A DNA stretch of 21,049 nucleotides from an uncultured bacterium (GCA_963978095.1 CAXBQP010000051.1:1-21049), one strand, 5' to 3'. Positions 7,040 to 16,021 are shown, counted from the stretch's first letter. Numbers and translations are program-made. The notes: generated by a model from the letters alone, not told the origin.

Positions 7040-7786
7040 TCAGCGAATCCCGCGGTTCGGGAGCCCCGGCGTGCGCATGGCGTCGGCGAAGGCACGAAAG
7101 ATGCCCAGGTCCACGCTCTGCGGATCCTCCGTCAGATCTTCCGGATGCCACTGCACGGCAAGGCACCACCAGTCGCGATCGGTGGACTCGATCGCCTCGA
7201 TCACCCCATCGGGAGCGCGGGCGCTCACCACGAATCCCGGTCCGAGCTGTTCGACCGCCTGATGGTGGTACGAGTTCACCATCGCGCGCCGTGCGCCGCC
7301 CAGGGCGACCTCGAGCCGCGATCCGGGTGTCAGTTCGATCCCGTGGCTGCGAACGTCGGCGGGCGTGTCGGGGTCGTGGTCGATCTCGGACGGATGAAGC
7401 GTGGGGAGGTCCTGCAGCAGCGTGCCGCCGAACGCCACATTGATGAGCTGAATGCCCCGGCAGATGCCAAGCACGGGGCGCCCGGCCTGCCGCGCGGCGG
7501 CGAGGAGTGCGAACTCAGTGTCGTCGCGCCGGGTGTTCCGCGGTTGCGTGGCCGGGTGCGCCGGGGCGCCGTAGCGCGCGGGGTCGACATCCTCGCCGCC
7601 CGTGAGCAACAGCCCTGCGGTTCCGGCGATGATCTCGGCGGCCCCGCCGACGTCCGTGAGCGGGGGAACGATCACGGGGACGAGCCCCGCACGCTCGAGT
7701 GACCGCGGGTAGTGCACATTGAGGCGCGCATGCTCGCCGTCCCGGTCGGGAAGAGCGGTCGCGCTGACGGCAACGAGTGGACGCAC
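7040..7786 (-). CDS. Gamma-glutamyl-gamma-aminobutyrate hydrolase family protein (peptidase C26, PuuD-like)
   Basis: LLLTGGEDVDP, nucleophile motif GICRG, VNSYHHQ and QWHPE. Confidence 0.92.
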   Translation of the reverse strand: MRPLVAVSATALPDRDGEHARLNVHYPRSLERAGLVPVIVPPLTDVGGAAEIIAGTAGLLLTGGEDVDPARYGAPAHPATQPRNTRRDDTEFALLAAARQAGRPVLGICRGIQLINVAFGGTLLQDLPTLHPSEIDHDPDTPADVRSHGIELTPGSRLEVALGGARRAMVNSYHHQAVEQLGPGFVVSARAPDGVIEAIESTDRDWWCLAVQWHPEDLTEDPQSVDLGIFRAFADAMRTPGLPNRGIR

Positions 7787-7844
7787 GGCGGGGAAAAGGA
7801 TTGGAGAGAGCGGGACGCACTCGACAGGACGCGCGTGCGCCCTC

Positions 7845-7851
7845 TATGCTA
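7845..7851. promoter_or_regulatory. Overlapping divergent -10 elements
   Basis: Plus strand TATGCT (7845-7850) and minus strand TGn-TAGCAT (7851-7846) between the divergent puuD-like and pspA-like genes. Confidence 0.35.
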
Positions 7852-7915
7852 CCACATTGAAACGCGTGGCGCCTCCCTCGCGTAGTGACGCTACCTCCTT
7901 CCAGCCCGGGATCGG

Positions 7916-8473
7916 ATGTTCGAATCGATCAACGCCGCCATTCAGGATCTGCTGCAGGGTCGTGTGGCTCCGGCGGACCGCGGTGCCGCCATCGCCGACA
8001 TGAAGCAGGCGATGGTGCGCGCCAGGCTCGGTGTCGAGGACCTGCGACACGGCGTCGCGGTGACTCAGCAGCGCCTCGCGACCGAACTGGAGCAACTCGT
8101 GACGGTGCAACGGCGCAAGACGCTTGCGGCGGACATTCACGACGCCGAGACCGTGGCGCTCGCGACGAAGTTCGAGGCGCAGCACCGCGAACGGATCGCG
8201 GTACTCGAGCGGAAGTTGGGGGCACAGGAGGCTGAGGCGGCGCTGGCCGCGCGCGAGCTCTCGGAGATGATGACGGCCCTCAAGGCGGCCAATGCCGGGG
8301 TCGGCACGGGGAGGTCCCGCGCAGAAGCCTCGGATGGCGAGCTGGGGCTGCCGGACCACGCCGCACTCACCCGTGAGATCGATGCGCTCGCGCGTCAGCG
8401 GGCGCGCGCCGAGCGGGATGCGATGGCCGACGCGAAGCTCGAGGAGCTCAAGAAGCGGATGGGGCGGCTGTAG
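7916..8473 (+). CDS. PspA/IM30-like coiled-coil protein
   Basis: 185 aa, helical heptad pattern, amphipathic N-terminus, C-terminal DAKLEELKKRMG as in the PspA family. Confidence 0.75.
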   Translation: MFESINAAIQDLLQGRVAPADRGAAIADMKQAMVRARLGVEDLRHGVAVTQQRLATELEQLVTVQRRKTLAADIHDAETVALATKFEAQHRERIAVLERKLGAQEAEAALAARELSEMMTALKAANAGVGTGRSRAEASDGELGLPDHAALTREIDALARQRARAERDAMADAKLEELKKRMGRL

Positions 8474-8484
8474 CGCCCCATCCG
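8449..8484 (-). terminator. Hairpin terminator between the convergent pspA-like and POT genes
   Basis: Perfect 11-bp stem CGGATGGGGCG (8456-8466) / CGCCCCATCCG (8474-8484) with a 7-nt loop; followed by CUUCUUG on the minus strand. Confidence 0.65.
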
Positions 8485-8494
8485 ACGGTCTGCG

Positions 8495-10057
8495 CTAGGA
8501 CGCGCGCCCTTCGGACGTGGTCGCCATCATCCGGCGGATCGGCACGACGAGTGCGGCCAGCACGGCGGCGCCGGCGAACAGCGAGAGCGAGGTCCAGTTG
8601 AACAGCGCGGGCATCTCGGCCAGGTTCTCGGGATTCACCTGTCCGCCGACGAGCCCCGCGATCAGATTGCCGAGCGACGTCGCCATGAACCAGACGCCCA
8701 TCATCTGGCCCACGTACTTCTTGGGGGCGAGCGCCGTCATGGAGCTGAGTCCGACGGGCGAGATCATGAGCTCGCCGACCGACTGCAGCATGTAGCTGCC
8801 GATCAGCCACCAGGCCGAGACACGGGTCGTCACGCCACCGGTGATGACGATTTTGGCCGCGGCGACCATGATCCAGAAACCGAGCCCCGTGAGCAGCAGC
8901 CCGCCGGCGAACTTGGCCGGGCTCGAGGGATCCAGCTGCCGCTTGCCGAGCGTCACCCAGACCCATGCCATGACGGGCGCGAGTGTCACGATGAACACCG
9001 AGTTCACGGACTGCAACCAGAGCGTCGGCATCTCCCAGCCGAAGATGTTGCGGTCGGTGAAGTCCTTGGCGAAGAGATTGAGCGAGGTCGGCGCCTGCTC
9101 GAAGGCGGCCCAGAAGACCACCGCGCCAACGAACAGGGCCATGATCACGGCCATCCGCTTCTTCTCGTCGCTGTTGAGACCGGCGAAGAGGAACAGGAAG
9201 GCGAAGTAGGCGATTGCGATGCCGCTGATGATGTACTTCATCGAGTTGGCGACCGCGATCGGGTCGATCGTGACGGCGCCGGTCATGGCCAGCACGAGAC
9301 CCACGACCACGATCGCCATGCCCAGGATGGTGTAGTTCCGCACCGTTGCGCGCTCTGCCGGTCCGCTGGTCGGGTCCGCGCCGATCGGGCCGAGCGTGTT
9401 CCGGCGTCGTGCGCGCAACCAGACGAGTCCCGCCAGCATGCCGGCACCCGCGGCCCCGAATCCCCAGTGCCAGCCAACGCGTTCACCGAGATATCCGGTG
9501 ACCAGCGGTGACACGAGAGCGCCGAAGTTGATGCCCATGTAGAAGATCGAGAAAGCAGCATCGCGGCGCGAGCCGCCGTCGGGGTACAGCGACCCGACCA
9601 TGGCCGAGATGTTCGGCTTGAGCAGTCCGGTGCCGAGCACGATCAGGACGAGCCCGAGGAAGAACGCCGAGCGGAGGAACACGGCGGAAAGCGCGATGGA
9701 GAGGTGGCCGAGCGCAATCAGCAGGCCGCCATACCACACGGAGCGTTGCAGCCCGAGCCACCGGTCGGCGATCCAGCCGCCCGGGAGCGATGCGAGATAC
9801 ACCGAGGCCGCATAGATCCCGACGATCGCCGACGCCTTCGGGCGATCGAAGCCGAACCCGCCACTGGTGAGCGCGGCCGTCATGAAGAGCACGAGCAACG
9901 GCCGGATGCCATAGAACGAGAACCGTTCCCACAGCTCGGTGAAGAAGAGCGTTGAGAGTCCCTTCGGATGTCCGAAGAAACTGGTGTCGCTCGTCATGGC
10001 GCGTGTTTCGGATGACATCTCGCTGGCGTGCGGCGCGGGCGCGGCGGAGGCGGTCAC
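8495..10057 (-). CDS. Proton-dependent oligopeptide transporter (POT/PTR2 family, DtpT-like)
   Basis: FFGHPKGL, ELWERFSFYG (ExxERFxYY-type motif), GTGLLKPN, FYMGIN and GELMISPVGLS; many TM helices. The GTG start overlaps the oppF stop; a later ATG (MTSDT) is also possible. Confidence 0.95.
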   Translation of the reverse strand: MTASAAPAPHASEMSSETRAMTSDTSFFGHPKGLSTLFFTELWERFSFYGIRPLLVLFMTAALTSGGFGFDRPKASAIVGIYAASVYLASLPGGWIADRWLGLQRSVWYGGLLIALGHLSIALSAVFLRSAFFLGLVLIVLGTGLLKPNISAMVGSLYPDGGSRRDAAFSIFYMGINFGALVSPLVTGYLGERVGWHWGFGAAGAGMLAGLVWLRARRRNTLGPIGADPTSGPAERATVRNYTILGMAIVVVGLVLAMTGAVTIDPIAVANSMKYIISGIAIAYFAFLFLFAGLNSDEKKRMAVIMALFVGAVVFWAAFEQAPTSLNLFAKDFTDRNIFGWEMPTLWLQSVNSVFIVTLAPVMAWVWVTLGKRQLDPSSPAKFAGGLLLTGLGFWIMVAAAKIVITGGVTTRVSAWWLIGSYMLQSVGELMISPVGLSSMTALAPKKYVGQMMGVWFMATSLGNLIAGLVGGQVNPENLAEMPALFNWTSLSLFAGAAVLAALVVPIRRMMATTSEGRAS

Positions 10058-10845
10058 GGGACGATGGGCTGTGGGTACGAAGGAACGGCGTTGAGCAACT
10101 CGCGCGAATGGGGATGCGCGGGTCCCTTGAAAAACTCCACTGCGGACGCCGTTTCCACCAGTCGTCCCCCCTGCATGACGGCAACGCGGGACGCCATGCG
10201 TTGCACGAGGGCGAGATTGTGGGTGATGAACAGGCAGGTGAGGCCCCGGTCGCGCTGCAGGCGTTGGAGCAGGGTCAGGATCTCGTCCTGCACCACGACA
10301 TCCAGCGCGGAGACGGCTTCGTCGAGCACCAGGAGATCCGGGCCGCCGGCGAGGGCGCGGGCGATCGACACGCGTTGCCGCTGTCCGCCGGACAACTCAT
10401 GCGGGAGTCTCGACGACATCTCGGGGCCGAGTCCGACCTCGGCGAGGAGGAGGCGCACCGCGTGCGCCGCGGCAGCGCCATCAGCGATGCGGTGAATCTC
10501 GAACGGTTCCGCCACGAGTGCGCCGACCGTCAGCCATGGCGTGAGCGCGGTGGAGGAATCCTGCAGTACGATCTGCATGCGGCGACGGAGCGCGCGGAGC
10601 GGGGCGGGGCCAAGGGCGCTGACCTCGACGCCGGCGAACACGATGCGTCCGGCGTCGGGTTCGCGCAGTCGCAGGACCGCGCGAGCGACCGTGGTCTTGC
10701 CGCACCCGGAACTGCCCACGATCGCCAGCGTCTCACCAGCGAGAATGTCAAACGAGACGCCATCGACGGCGTGGGTGGCGGGACGCGTGCCGCGGGCGGG
10801 ATACCGCACGGAGAGGTCGCGAACGGAGAGCAGGGGGGGACTCAT
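10054..10845 (-). CDS. Oligopeptide/dipeptide ABC transporter ATP-binding subunit (OppF/DppF-like)
   Basis: Walker A GSSGCGKT, LSGGQ signature, LLVLDE and H-loop ITHN. Confidence 0.92.
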   Translation of the reverse strand: MSPPLLSVRDLSVRYPARGTRPATHAVDGVSFDILAGETLAIVGSSGCGKTTVARAVLRLREPDAGRIVFAGVEVSALGPAPLRALRRRMQIVLQDSSTALTPWLTVGALVAEPFEIHRIADGAAAAHAVRLLLAEVGLGPEMSSRLPHELSGGQRQRVSIARALAGGPDLLVLDEAVSALDVVVQDEILTLLQRLQRDRGLTCLFITHNLALVQRMASRVAVMQGGRLVETASAVEFFKGPAHPHSRELLNAVPSYPQPIVP

Positions 10846-11636
10846 GGTGCCACCGTCAGCCGCGGCAGGGCCCGAATCAGCGCGGCGGTGGCTGGGTGCT
10901 GCGGGGCCACGAAAATGCGTTCGACCGGCGCGTCCTCCACGAGCCGTCCGTCATGCATGACCAGCACCCGCGCGCAGAGCGTGGCGACGACGCCGAGGTC
11001 GTGCGTGATGAGCAACACGGCGGCCCCCGTCTCGCGCTGGAGCGTGCGCAGGAGCTCCAGCACCTGTGCCTGCGTGATCGTGTCGAGCGAGGATGTCGGT
11101 TCGTCGGCGATGACCAAGGCCGGCCGAAGCACGAGCGCCATGGCGATCATCACGCGTTGGCACTGTCCTCCGGAGAGCTCGTGCGGGTAGGCCCGGGCCA
11201 GCGAGGGAGCGAGGCCGACGCGAGCGAGCATGGCGTCGGCTTCCCGTTCAGCGGTTGGCCGCGACGCGCCGTGCACGAGCGCCGACTCGGCCACCTGGTC
11301 GCGGGTCGTCATCGACGGATTGAGCGCGGCAGCCGGATCCTGGAAGATCATGGCGATCCGTCTGCCGCGCAGCGATCGCAGTGCGGCCGCGTCGAGCGCG
11401 GTCAGCTCGCGTCCGTCGAACGCGATGCGCGAGGCCGCATCGACGACCGCTGCCGGATCCGAGAGCCCGAGCAGCGCGAGTGCCGTGGCCGACTTTCCGC
11501 TTCCCGACCCTCCCACGAGGGCGACCATTTCCCCGGCCGCGACGTCGAACGACAGGTGATCGACGGCGACCACCCCGTGGACCGGGAACCTGACGGTGAG
11601 GTCGCGCACCGAGAGCAGTGGCACACCGGCGCTCAT
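10842..11636 (-). CDS. Oligopeptide/dipeptide ABC transporter ATP-binding subunit (OppD/DppD-like)
   Basis: GGSGSGKS, MIFQDP, YPHELSGGQ, IADEPT and ITHDL. Confidence 0.93.
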   Translation of the reverse strand: MSAGVPLLSVRDLTVRFPVHGVVAVDHLSFDVAAGEMVALVGGSGSGKSATALALLGLSDPAAVVDAASRIAFDGRELTALDAAALRSLRGRRIAMIFQDPAAALNPSMTTRDQVAESALVHGASRPTAEREADAMLARVGLAPSLARAYPHELSGGQCQRVMIAMALVLRPALVIADEPTSSLDTITQAQVLELLRTLQRETGAAVLLITHDLGVVATLCARVLVMHDGRLVEDAPVERIFVAPQHPATAALIRALPRLTVAP

Positions 11637-12499
11637 GGGACCACCTGGTGCGGATCCACGGCCTCACGCCACCGCTCACCGACCGCATGGAGCGCGCCCA
11701 CGGTGGCCACGATCGCAAGGGCGGGAAAGAGCAACAGCCACCAGGTGTCGAGCATGCGGTCCGCCCCATCGCGCATGATGCCTCCCCAACTGGCGGTCGG
11801 TGGGCGCACGCCAAGCCCGAGGAACGACAGTCCGGCTTCGAGCGGAATCACGGATGCGAACGAGAGCGTGGCGGCGACGGCGATGTGCGGCAGCACGCCG
11901 GGCAGTACATGCCGCAGCAGGATTCGCGACCGCGTGGCGCCGAGCGCTCGTGCGGCGACAACCCATTCGCGCTGCCGAATGGCGCGCACCTGTGCGCGCA
12001 CCACGCGACTCATCGGCGGCCACGCGGTGAGACCGAGGGCGAGGGCGAGTGTGGACGGCGACATCGGTCCGGCGCTCGCGAGCACCAGGAGCAGCAGCAC
12101 GCGCGGCATGACCAGTATCGCATCCACGAATCGCATGAGCAGGTCGTCCAGCCAGCCGTCGCTGGCGCCGGCGAGCGCGCCCCACGTGGTCCCTACGATC
12201 ACGGCGATCGCCACCGAGAGCGTCCCGACGCCGAGTGAGATACGCGCGCCCGCCATCACGCGGCTCAGGACATCGCGGGACAGTCCGTCGGTGCCGAACG
12301 GATGGGACCAGGATGGCGGCAGGTTCTGCATCCCCACCATGCCGTTGAGCGCGTTGGGATCATATGGGGCGAGCATCCCGCCGAGCAGCGCGAGCAGTGC
12401 CGCGACGATCAGGACGATGATCGCGATGCGCGGGACGGGTACGCCACGCATCGCGGCGCTCGGCGGCCCGGACGGCGCACCGGACGGAGGCCCGGTCAT
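11633..12499 (-). CDS. Oligopeptide ABC transporter permease (OppC/DppC-like)
   Basis: HPFGTDGLSRD, EAA-loop AARALGA and EAGLSFLGLG; ATG 12499 forms an ATGA overlap with the oppB stop. Confidence 0.93.
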   Translation of the reverse strand: MTGPPSGAPSGPPSAAMRGVPVPRIAIIVLIVAALLALLGGMLAPYDPNALNGMVGMQNLPPSWSHPFGTDGLSRDVLSRVMAGARISLGVGTLSVAIAVIVGTTWGALAGASDGWLDDLLMRFVDAILVMPRVLLLLVLASAGPMSPSTLALALGLTAWPPMSRVVRAQVRAIRQREWVVAARALGATRSRILLRHVLPGVLPHIAVAATLSFASVIPLEAGLSFLGLGVRPPTASWGGIMRDGADRMLDTWWLLLFPALAIVATVGALHAVGERWREAVDPHQVVP

Positions 12500-13491
12500 C
12501 GGCGCCCGGCGGAGACCCGCGGGTCGGCCATGGCCGCGGCGAGATCGGCACACAGCCCGCCGAGCGTCACGAGGACGCTCGAGACCATGACGATGCCGAT
12601 CGCGAGCGGATAGTCGCGGCCGGTGACCGCGTCGACCATGGTGCGTCCCATGCCCGGCCAGGCGAAAATCGCTTCGACGAACACCGCACCTCCCACGAGC
12701 GATGGCAGCAACAGCCCGCAGAGCGCGATCACCGGGCCGAGGGCGTTCCGCAGTGCGTGGCGCACGAGGACGCGCCGCTCGGGGGCTCCCTTCGCGCGCG
12801 CGGTGCGGATGTACGGTCGCGAGAGCACGAGGCGCATCTCCGTCCGTTGATGGCGTGCGATGCCGGCGCCGACGATCAGCGCGAGCGTCAGCGCCGGCAG
12901 CACCAGGTGCCAGAGGACGTCAACAAGACGCGCTCCCGGGTCCATGGCGTCATGCACGCCAAGCGTCACCATTCCACCGACCGGAAAGAGGCGCCAGGTG
13001 GCGGCGAACAACGTCAAAATTCCCGTGGCGACGATGTACTCCGGCGTGGCGATGATCGCGAGCCCCAGCCCCTCGCTGAAGCGGGTGAGTCGCGCGGGGG
13101 CAGGGGAGTGCTGGGCGCCACGGCTCCCCTGCCAGGCGCCGAGCGCGATGCCTCCGAAGATCCCCAAGAGGAGTCCCGTGCCCATCAGCAAGGCGGTGTT
13201 CGGGAGGACATCGCGCAGCACTTGCGCCACGGGGCGCCCGCGCGACAACGACATCCCCAGTTCCCCGCGCAGCGCATGGCCCACGAAACGGGCGTATTGC
13301 GTGCGCAGGGGCTGATCCAATGCATACTGGTGCCGCAGCAGTTCGCGCGTGGCGGGTGCCGTGCTCGCATCGAGCGTGCTCCCGCTCAGCGGGTCGCCCG
13401 GCGCCACCCGCAGGAGCGCGAAGACCACGGTGACCGCGAAGCCCAGCACCAGCGCGGCTTGCGCGAGGCGACCGAGCAGGAACCGGAGCAC
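12496..13491 (-). CDS. Oligopeptide ABC transporter permease (OppB/DppB-like)
   Basis: APGDP, YIRTARAKG, HALRNAL, EAIFAWPGMG and RDYP; GTG start 2 nt after the oppA stop. Confidence 0.93.
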   Translation of the reverse strand: MLRFLLGRLAQAALVLGFAVTVVFALLRVAPGDPLSGSTLDASTAPATRELLRHQYALDQPLRTQYARFVGHALRGELGMSLSRGRPVAQVLRDVLPNTALLMGTGLLLGIFGGIALGAWQGSRGAQHSPAPARLTRFSEGLGLAIIATPEYIVATGILTLFAATWRLFPVGGMVTLGVHDAMDPGARLVDVLWHLVLPALTLALIVGAGIARHQRTEMRLVLSRPYIRTARAKGAPERRVLVRHALRNALGPVIALCGLLLPSLVGGAVFVEAIFAWPGMGRTMVDAVTGRDYPLAIGIVMVSSVLVTLGGLCADLAAAMADPRVSAGRR

Positions 13492-13493
13492 CG

Positions 13494-15167
13494 TCAGCTC
13501 TGGGGCGGTGCGTCGCGCGGGATGTCGCGCGGCAGGTGCCCGCCGGGCGCGATCTTCCATCCCTCGATCGATTTCCACCAGGCCCCGGGTCGCAGTGCGC
13601 CCGTCACGAGGCGCGTGTGCGCTCCGGATACCGTGGGCTGCTCGAACAGGAAGATGGCGGGGGCATCGTCGATGATCTGCTGATACACCGCGCGGTAGTG
13701 CCGTCGCGCGTCGCTGGTATTCCGAGCGCTGAACGCGCTGTCGGCCTGCAGGTCCACCACCGCGCTCGCGTATCCGCCGAAGTTCAACCCGCCGGGGCCC
13801 GTGGAGCCCCGGACCCAGGTTTGGTGCAGGCCGGCCACCGGACTGCGGCCGGCCGTCAGGTTCTGGATGAAGCTGTCGAACTCGTGCGCCGTCACCTTGG
13901 CGCCGATGGCGGGCGGATCCATGACCTCGACGTCGACCTTCACGCCGATCTCCCGGAGCTGTGCCTGGATCAACTGCGCGTATTGCTGGCGGGGCTTGCT
14001 GCTGGACGCGGCGATGATCCGGAACGCGAGAGGGCGTCCACTCTTGGTGCGATTTCCATCAGGGCCGGATTTCCATCCAAGCGAGTCGAGCAACGCCGCC
14101 GCGGCGGCGCGGTCGAACGCGGGCTGGCGCACGGTGGTGTCGGCGCTCCATTGGATGCTCGAGAACGGGCCCATGGCGAGGCGGCCCGCGCCGTCGAAGA
14201 CGTTCTGCAGCATCGCCCGGCGGTCAAGCGCCATCGCGATCGCGCGACGCACGCCCGCCTCGCCGAGCACCGGGTGGGGCTTGGCCGTCGCGCCGTCGTG
14301 CAGGTTGAACTGCAGGAAGGCGTAGTTCATCGAGGGCGTCCGAAGCAACTGCACTGTTTTCTTGGTGGCGGCTGTTGCCACCTCGGATGCCGGCAACAGT
14401 TCGTAGAAATCCGCCTCACCCGCGAACAGCTGTTTCGCGAGCGTCGACGGATCGCCGTTGACCGAGAAAATCACGCGATCGAGCGTGGCGCGTCCGCGAT
14501 AGAACGCATCGACCGCCGCCATCTCGAATCGCTCGCCCTGCTTCCATGCGACGAAGCGGAAGGGGCCGCTGCCGACGGGCGCCCGCGAGAACGCGGACGT
14601 CGCGAGTGCCTCGTGCGGGATGGAGGCGAGCAGGTGTGCAGGAAGCGGCACGAACGATGCCACGAACTGATAGAACTGTTCGGGGAACCGGTGCGAGAAG
14701 TACGCGGCCACGTGCAGCGAATCCACCACGCGTACCGAATCCACCGCGGCAGCCAAGTCCGCGGTGGTCGTGGAGCCGCTGGCCGGATCGCGCGCGATCT
14801 CGTAGCCCAGTCGCACGTCGGCGGCGCGAATCGGTGTGCCGTCGTGCCACCGAGCGCGCGGGTCGATCGCGAACGTCACGGTGAGCGAGTCGCTGCTCCA
14901 GTTCCACGACTGCGCGAGTCGCGGTGCGAAGCTCGCGACGTCCACGGTCGAGAGTGTGGGGCCAAGGTCGGCCAACGGGTCGAACATCGGCTCGACCATG
15001 GCGCGTCCCTGAACCGTTCCCGCGGCGACCGTGGGAAACAGCGACTTGCTGTCAGCGCCCAGCGCGATGATGGCGGTGCCTCCGCCCGAGCCGTCGCGCC
15101 CACCGCAGGCAGCGGCGAGTGCGAGCAGGCTTCCCGTTCCGAAAACTCGCACCAATCGACGTCGCAT
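13494..15167 (-). CDS. Peptide ABC transporter substrate-binding lipoprotein (SBP family 5, OppA/DppA-like)
   Basis: Lipobox LAAAC, WHDGTPIRAADV, PVGSGPF and VRRAIAMALDR; GGAG SD. Confidence 0.94.
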   Translation of the reverse strand: MRRRLVRVFGTGSLLALAAACGGRDGSGGGTAIIALGADSKSLFPTVAAGTVQGRAMVEPMFDPLADLGPTLSTVDVASFAPRLAQSWNWSSDSLTVTFAIDPRARWHDGTPIRAADVRLGYEIARDPASGSTTTADLAAAVDSVRVVDSLHVAAYFSHRFPEQFYQFVASFVPLPAHLLASIPHEALATSAFSRAPVGSGPFRFVAWKQGERFEMAAVDAFYRGRATLDRVIFSVNGDPSTLAKQLFAGEADFYELLPASEVATAATKKTVQLLRTPSMNYAFLQFNLHDGATAKPHPVLGEAGVRRAIAMALDRRAMLQNVFDGAGRLAMGPFSSIQWSADTTVRQPAFDRAAAAALLDSLGWKSGPDGNRTKSGRPLAFRIIAASSSKPRQQYAQLIQAQLREIGVKVDVEVMDPPAIGAKVTAHEFDSFIQNLTAGRSPVAGLHQTWVRGSTGPGGLNFGGYASAVVDLQADSAFSARNTSDARRHYRAVYQQIIDDAPAIFLFEQPTVSGAHTRLVTGALRPGAWWKSIEGWKIAPGGHLPRDIPRDAPPQS

Positions 15168-15195
15168 CAGTCTCCAATTTGTTCAGTGTCGCCAA

Positions 15196-15201
15196 ATTTT
15201 A
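15196..15201 (-). promoter_or_regulatory. Putative -10 element for the opp-POT operon
   Basis: TAAAAT in the short AT-rich gap after the ligase stop, 28 nt upstream of the oppA ATG. Confidence 0.45.
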
Positions 15202-15206
15202 CGCGA

Positions 15207-15965
15207 CTACCGGCGCCACGTCCACTCCGTGCTTTCGTAGTGCGCGAGATGCGGGGCGGCCCACGGCCACGCCTCGTCGGGCTCGAGCGGTTCAACTCTG
15301 CCGACGTCCTGTTCGAGCGCCCATCGCATGGCCGCGGCCACTTCCGCCACGGAGAGCGTGCGGTCCAGCAATCGGTTCAGGGCGGCCGCCGGCGTGCTGG
15401 GGGTCATGGGACGCACCGCGAGCGTCGCGATGCGTGCCTGGTCGTCGTCGAGAAGCACGGATCCGTGCTGGACGAAACCGCCGCGGTCCCGGAACTGGGC
15501 GCTCCCCACCAGCTTGCGTCCGGATGCGACGAGTTCGCCCGCGTTGGGTTCGGCGAAGCAGGCCGCGCCACCGGGACGCCGCACGGGGCTGCGCGGCGCG
15601 ACGGAGGCATCGACGCCCAGTCGGCCGAGTGCCCGAACGAGCAGGGTGTTGATGCGACCGTAGGTCACCGGCAACGGCTCGCGGTCGCGCACGGGCGCGG
15701 CGACGCTGTATGTGGCCTCATGGTGGTGGAGCAGTACGCGCCCCCCGGTCGGGCGTCGCACGGCGGCGATCCCGGCGGCGGCCAAGAGGTCGGCGCGGAA
15801 CAGCCCGACGACCGATTCGTGCCGACCGAACGAGAGGGTCGGGACGGCCCAGCTGTACACCCGAAGCACCGATTCCCCAGTCGTGGCGGCCCGGTCGAGC
15901 AGCCCCGCATCGAGCGCCATATTGGCCGCGGCCCCAGCCGGTTCGGTCAGGAGGAATCGCCACAT
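15207..15965 (-). CDS. Lipoate-protein ligase family protein (LipM/LplA catalytic domain only)
   Basis: NMALDAGL, LRVYSW, RRPTGGRVLLH, KLVGSAQ and QHGS; 252 aa with no LplA C-terminal domain. Confidence 0.9.
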   Translation of the reverse strand: MWRFLLTEPAGAAANMALDAGLLDRAATTGESVLRVYSWAVPTLSFGRHESVVGLFRADLLAAAGIAAVRRPTGGRVLLHHHEATYSVAAPVRDREPLPVTYGRINTLLVRALGRLGVDASVAPRSPVRRPGGAACFAEPNAGELVASGRKLVGSAQFRDRGGFVQHGSVLLDDDQARIATLAVRPMTPSTPAAALNRLLDRTLSVAEVAAAMRWALEQDVGRVEPLEPDEAWPWAAPHLAHYESTEWTWRR

Positions 15966-15971
15966 GCGCGG

Positions 15972-15980
15972 AATCTACCA
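15972..15980 (-). promoter_or_regulatory. Extended -10 promoter positioned for a leaderless mRNA
   Basis: TGG-TAGATT, then 6 nt, then the ATG; no SD. Confidence 0.6.
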
Positions 15981-16021
15981 CCGCGCCGGGCCTAGCCAAC
16001 GCCCAGCGGTGCACCACGTAT

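Noticed and set aside
10896..12590. 564-aa plus-strand ORF
   Set aside because: Antisense shadow of oppD/oppC.
13536..15995. 819-aa plus-strand ORF
   Set aside because: Antisense shadow of oppA and the lipoate ligase; no domain signal.
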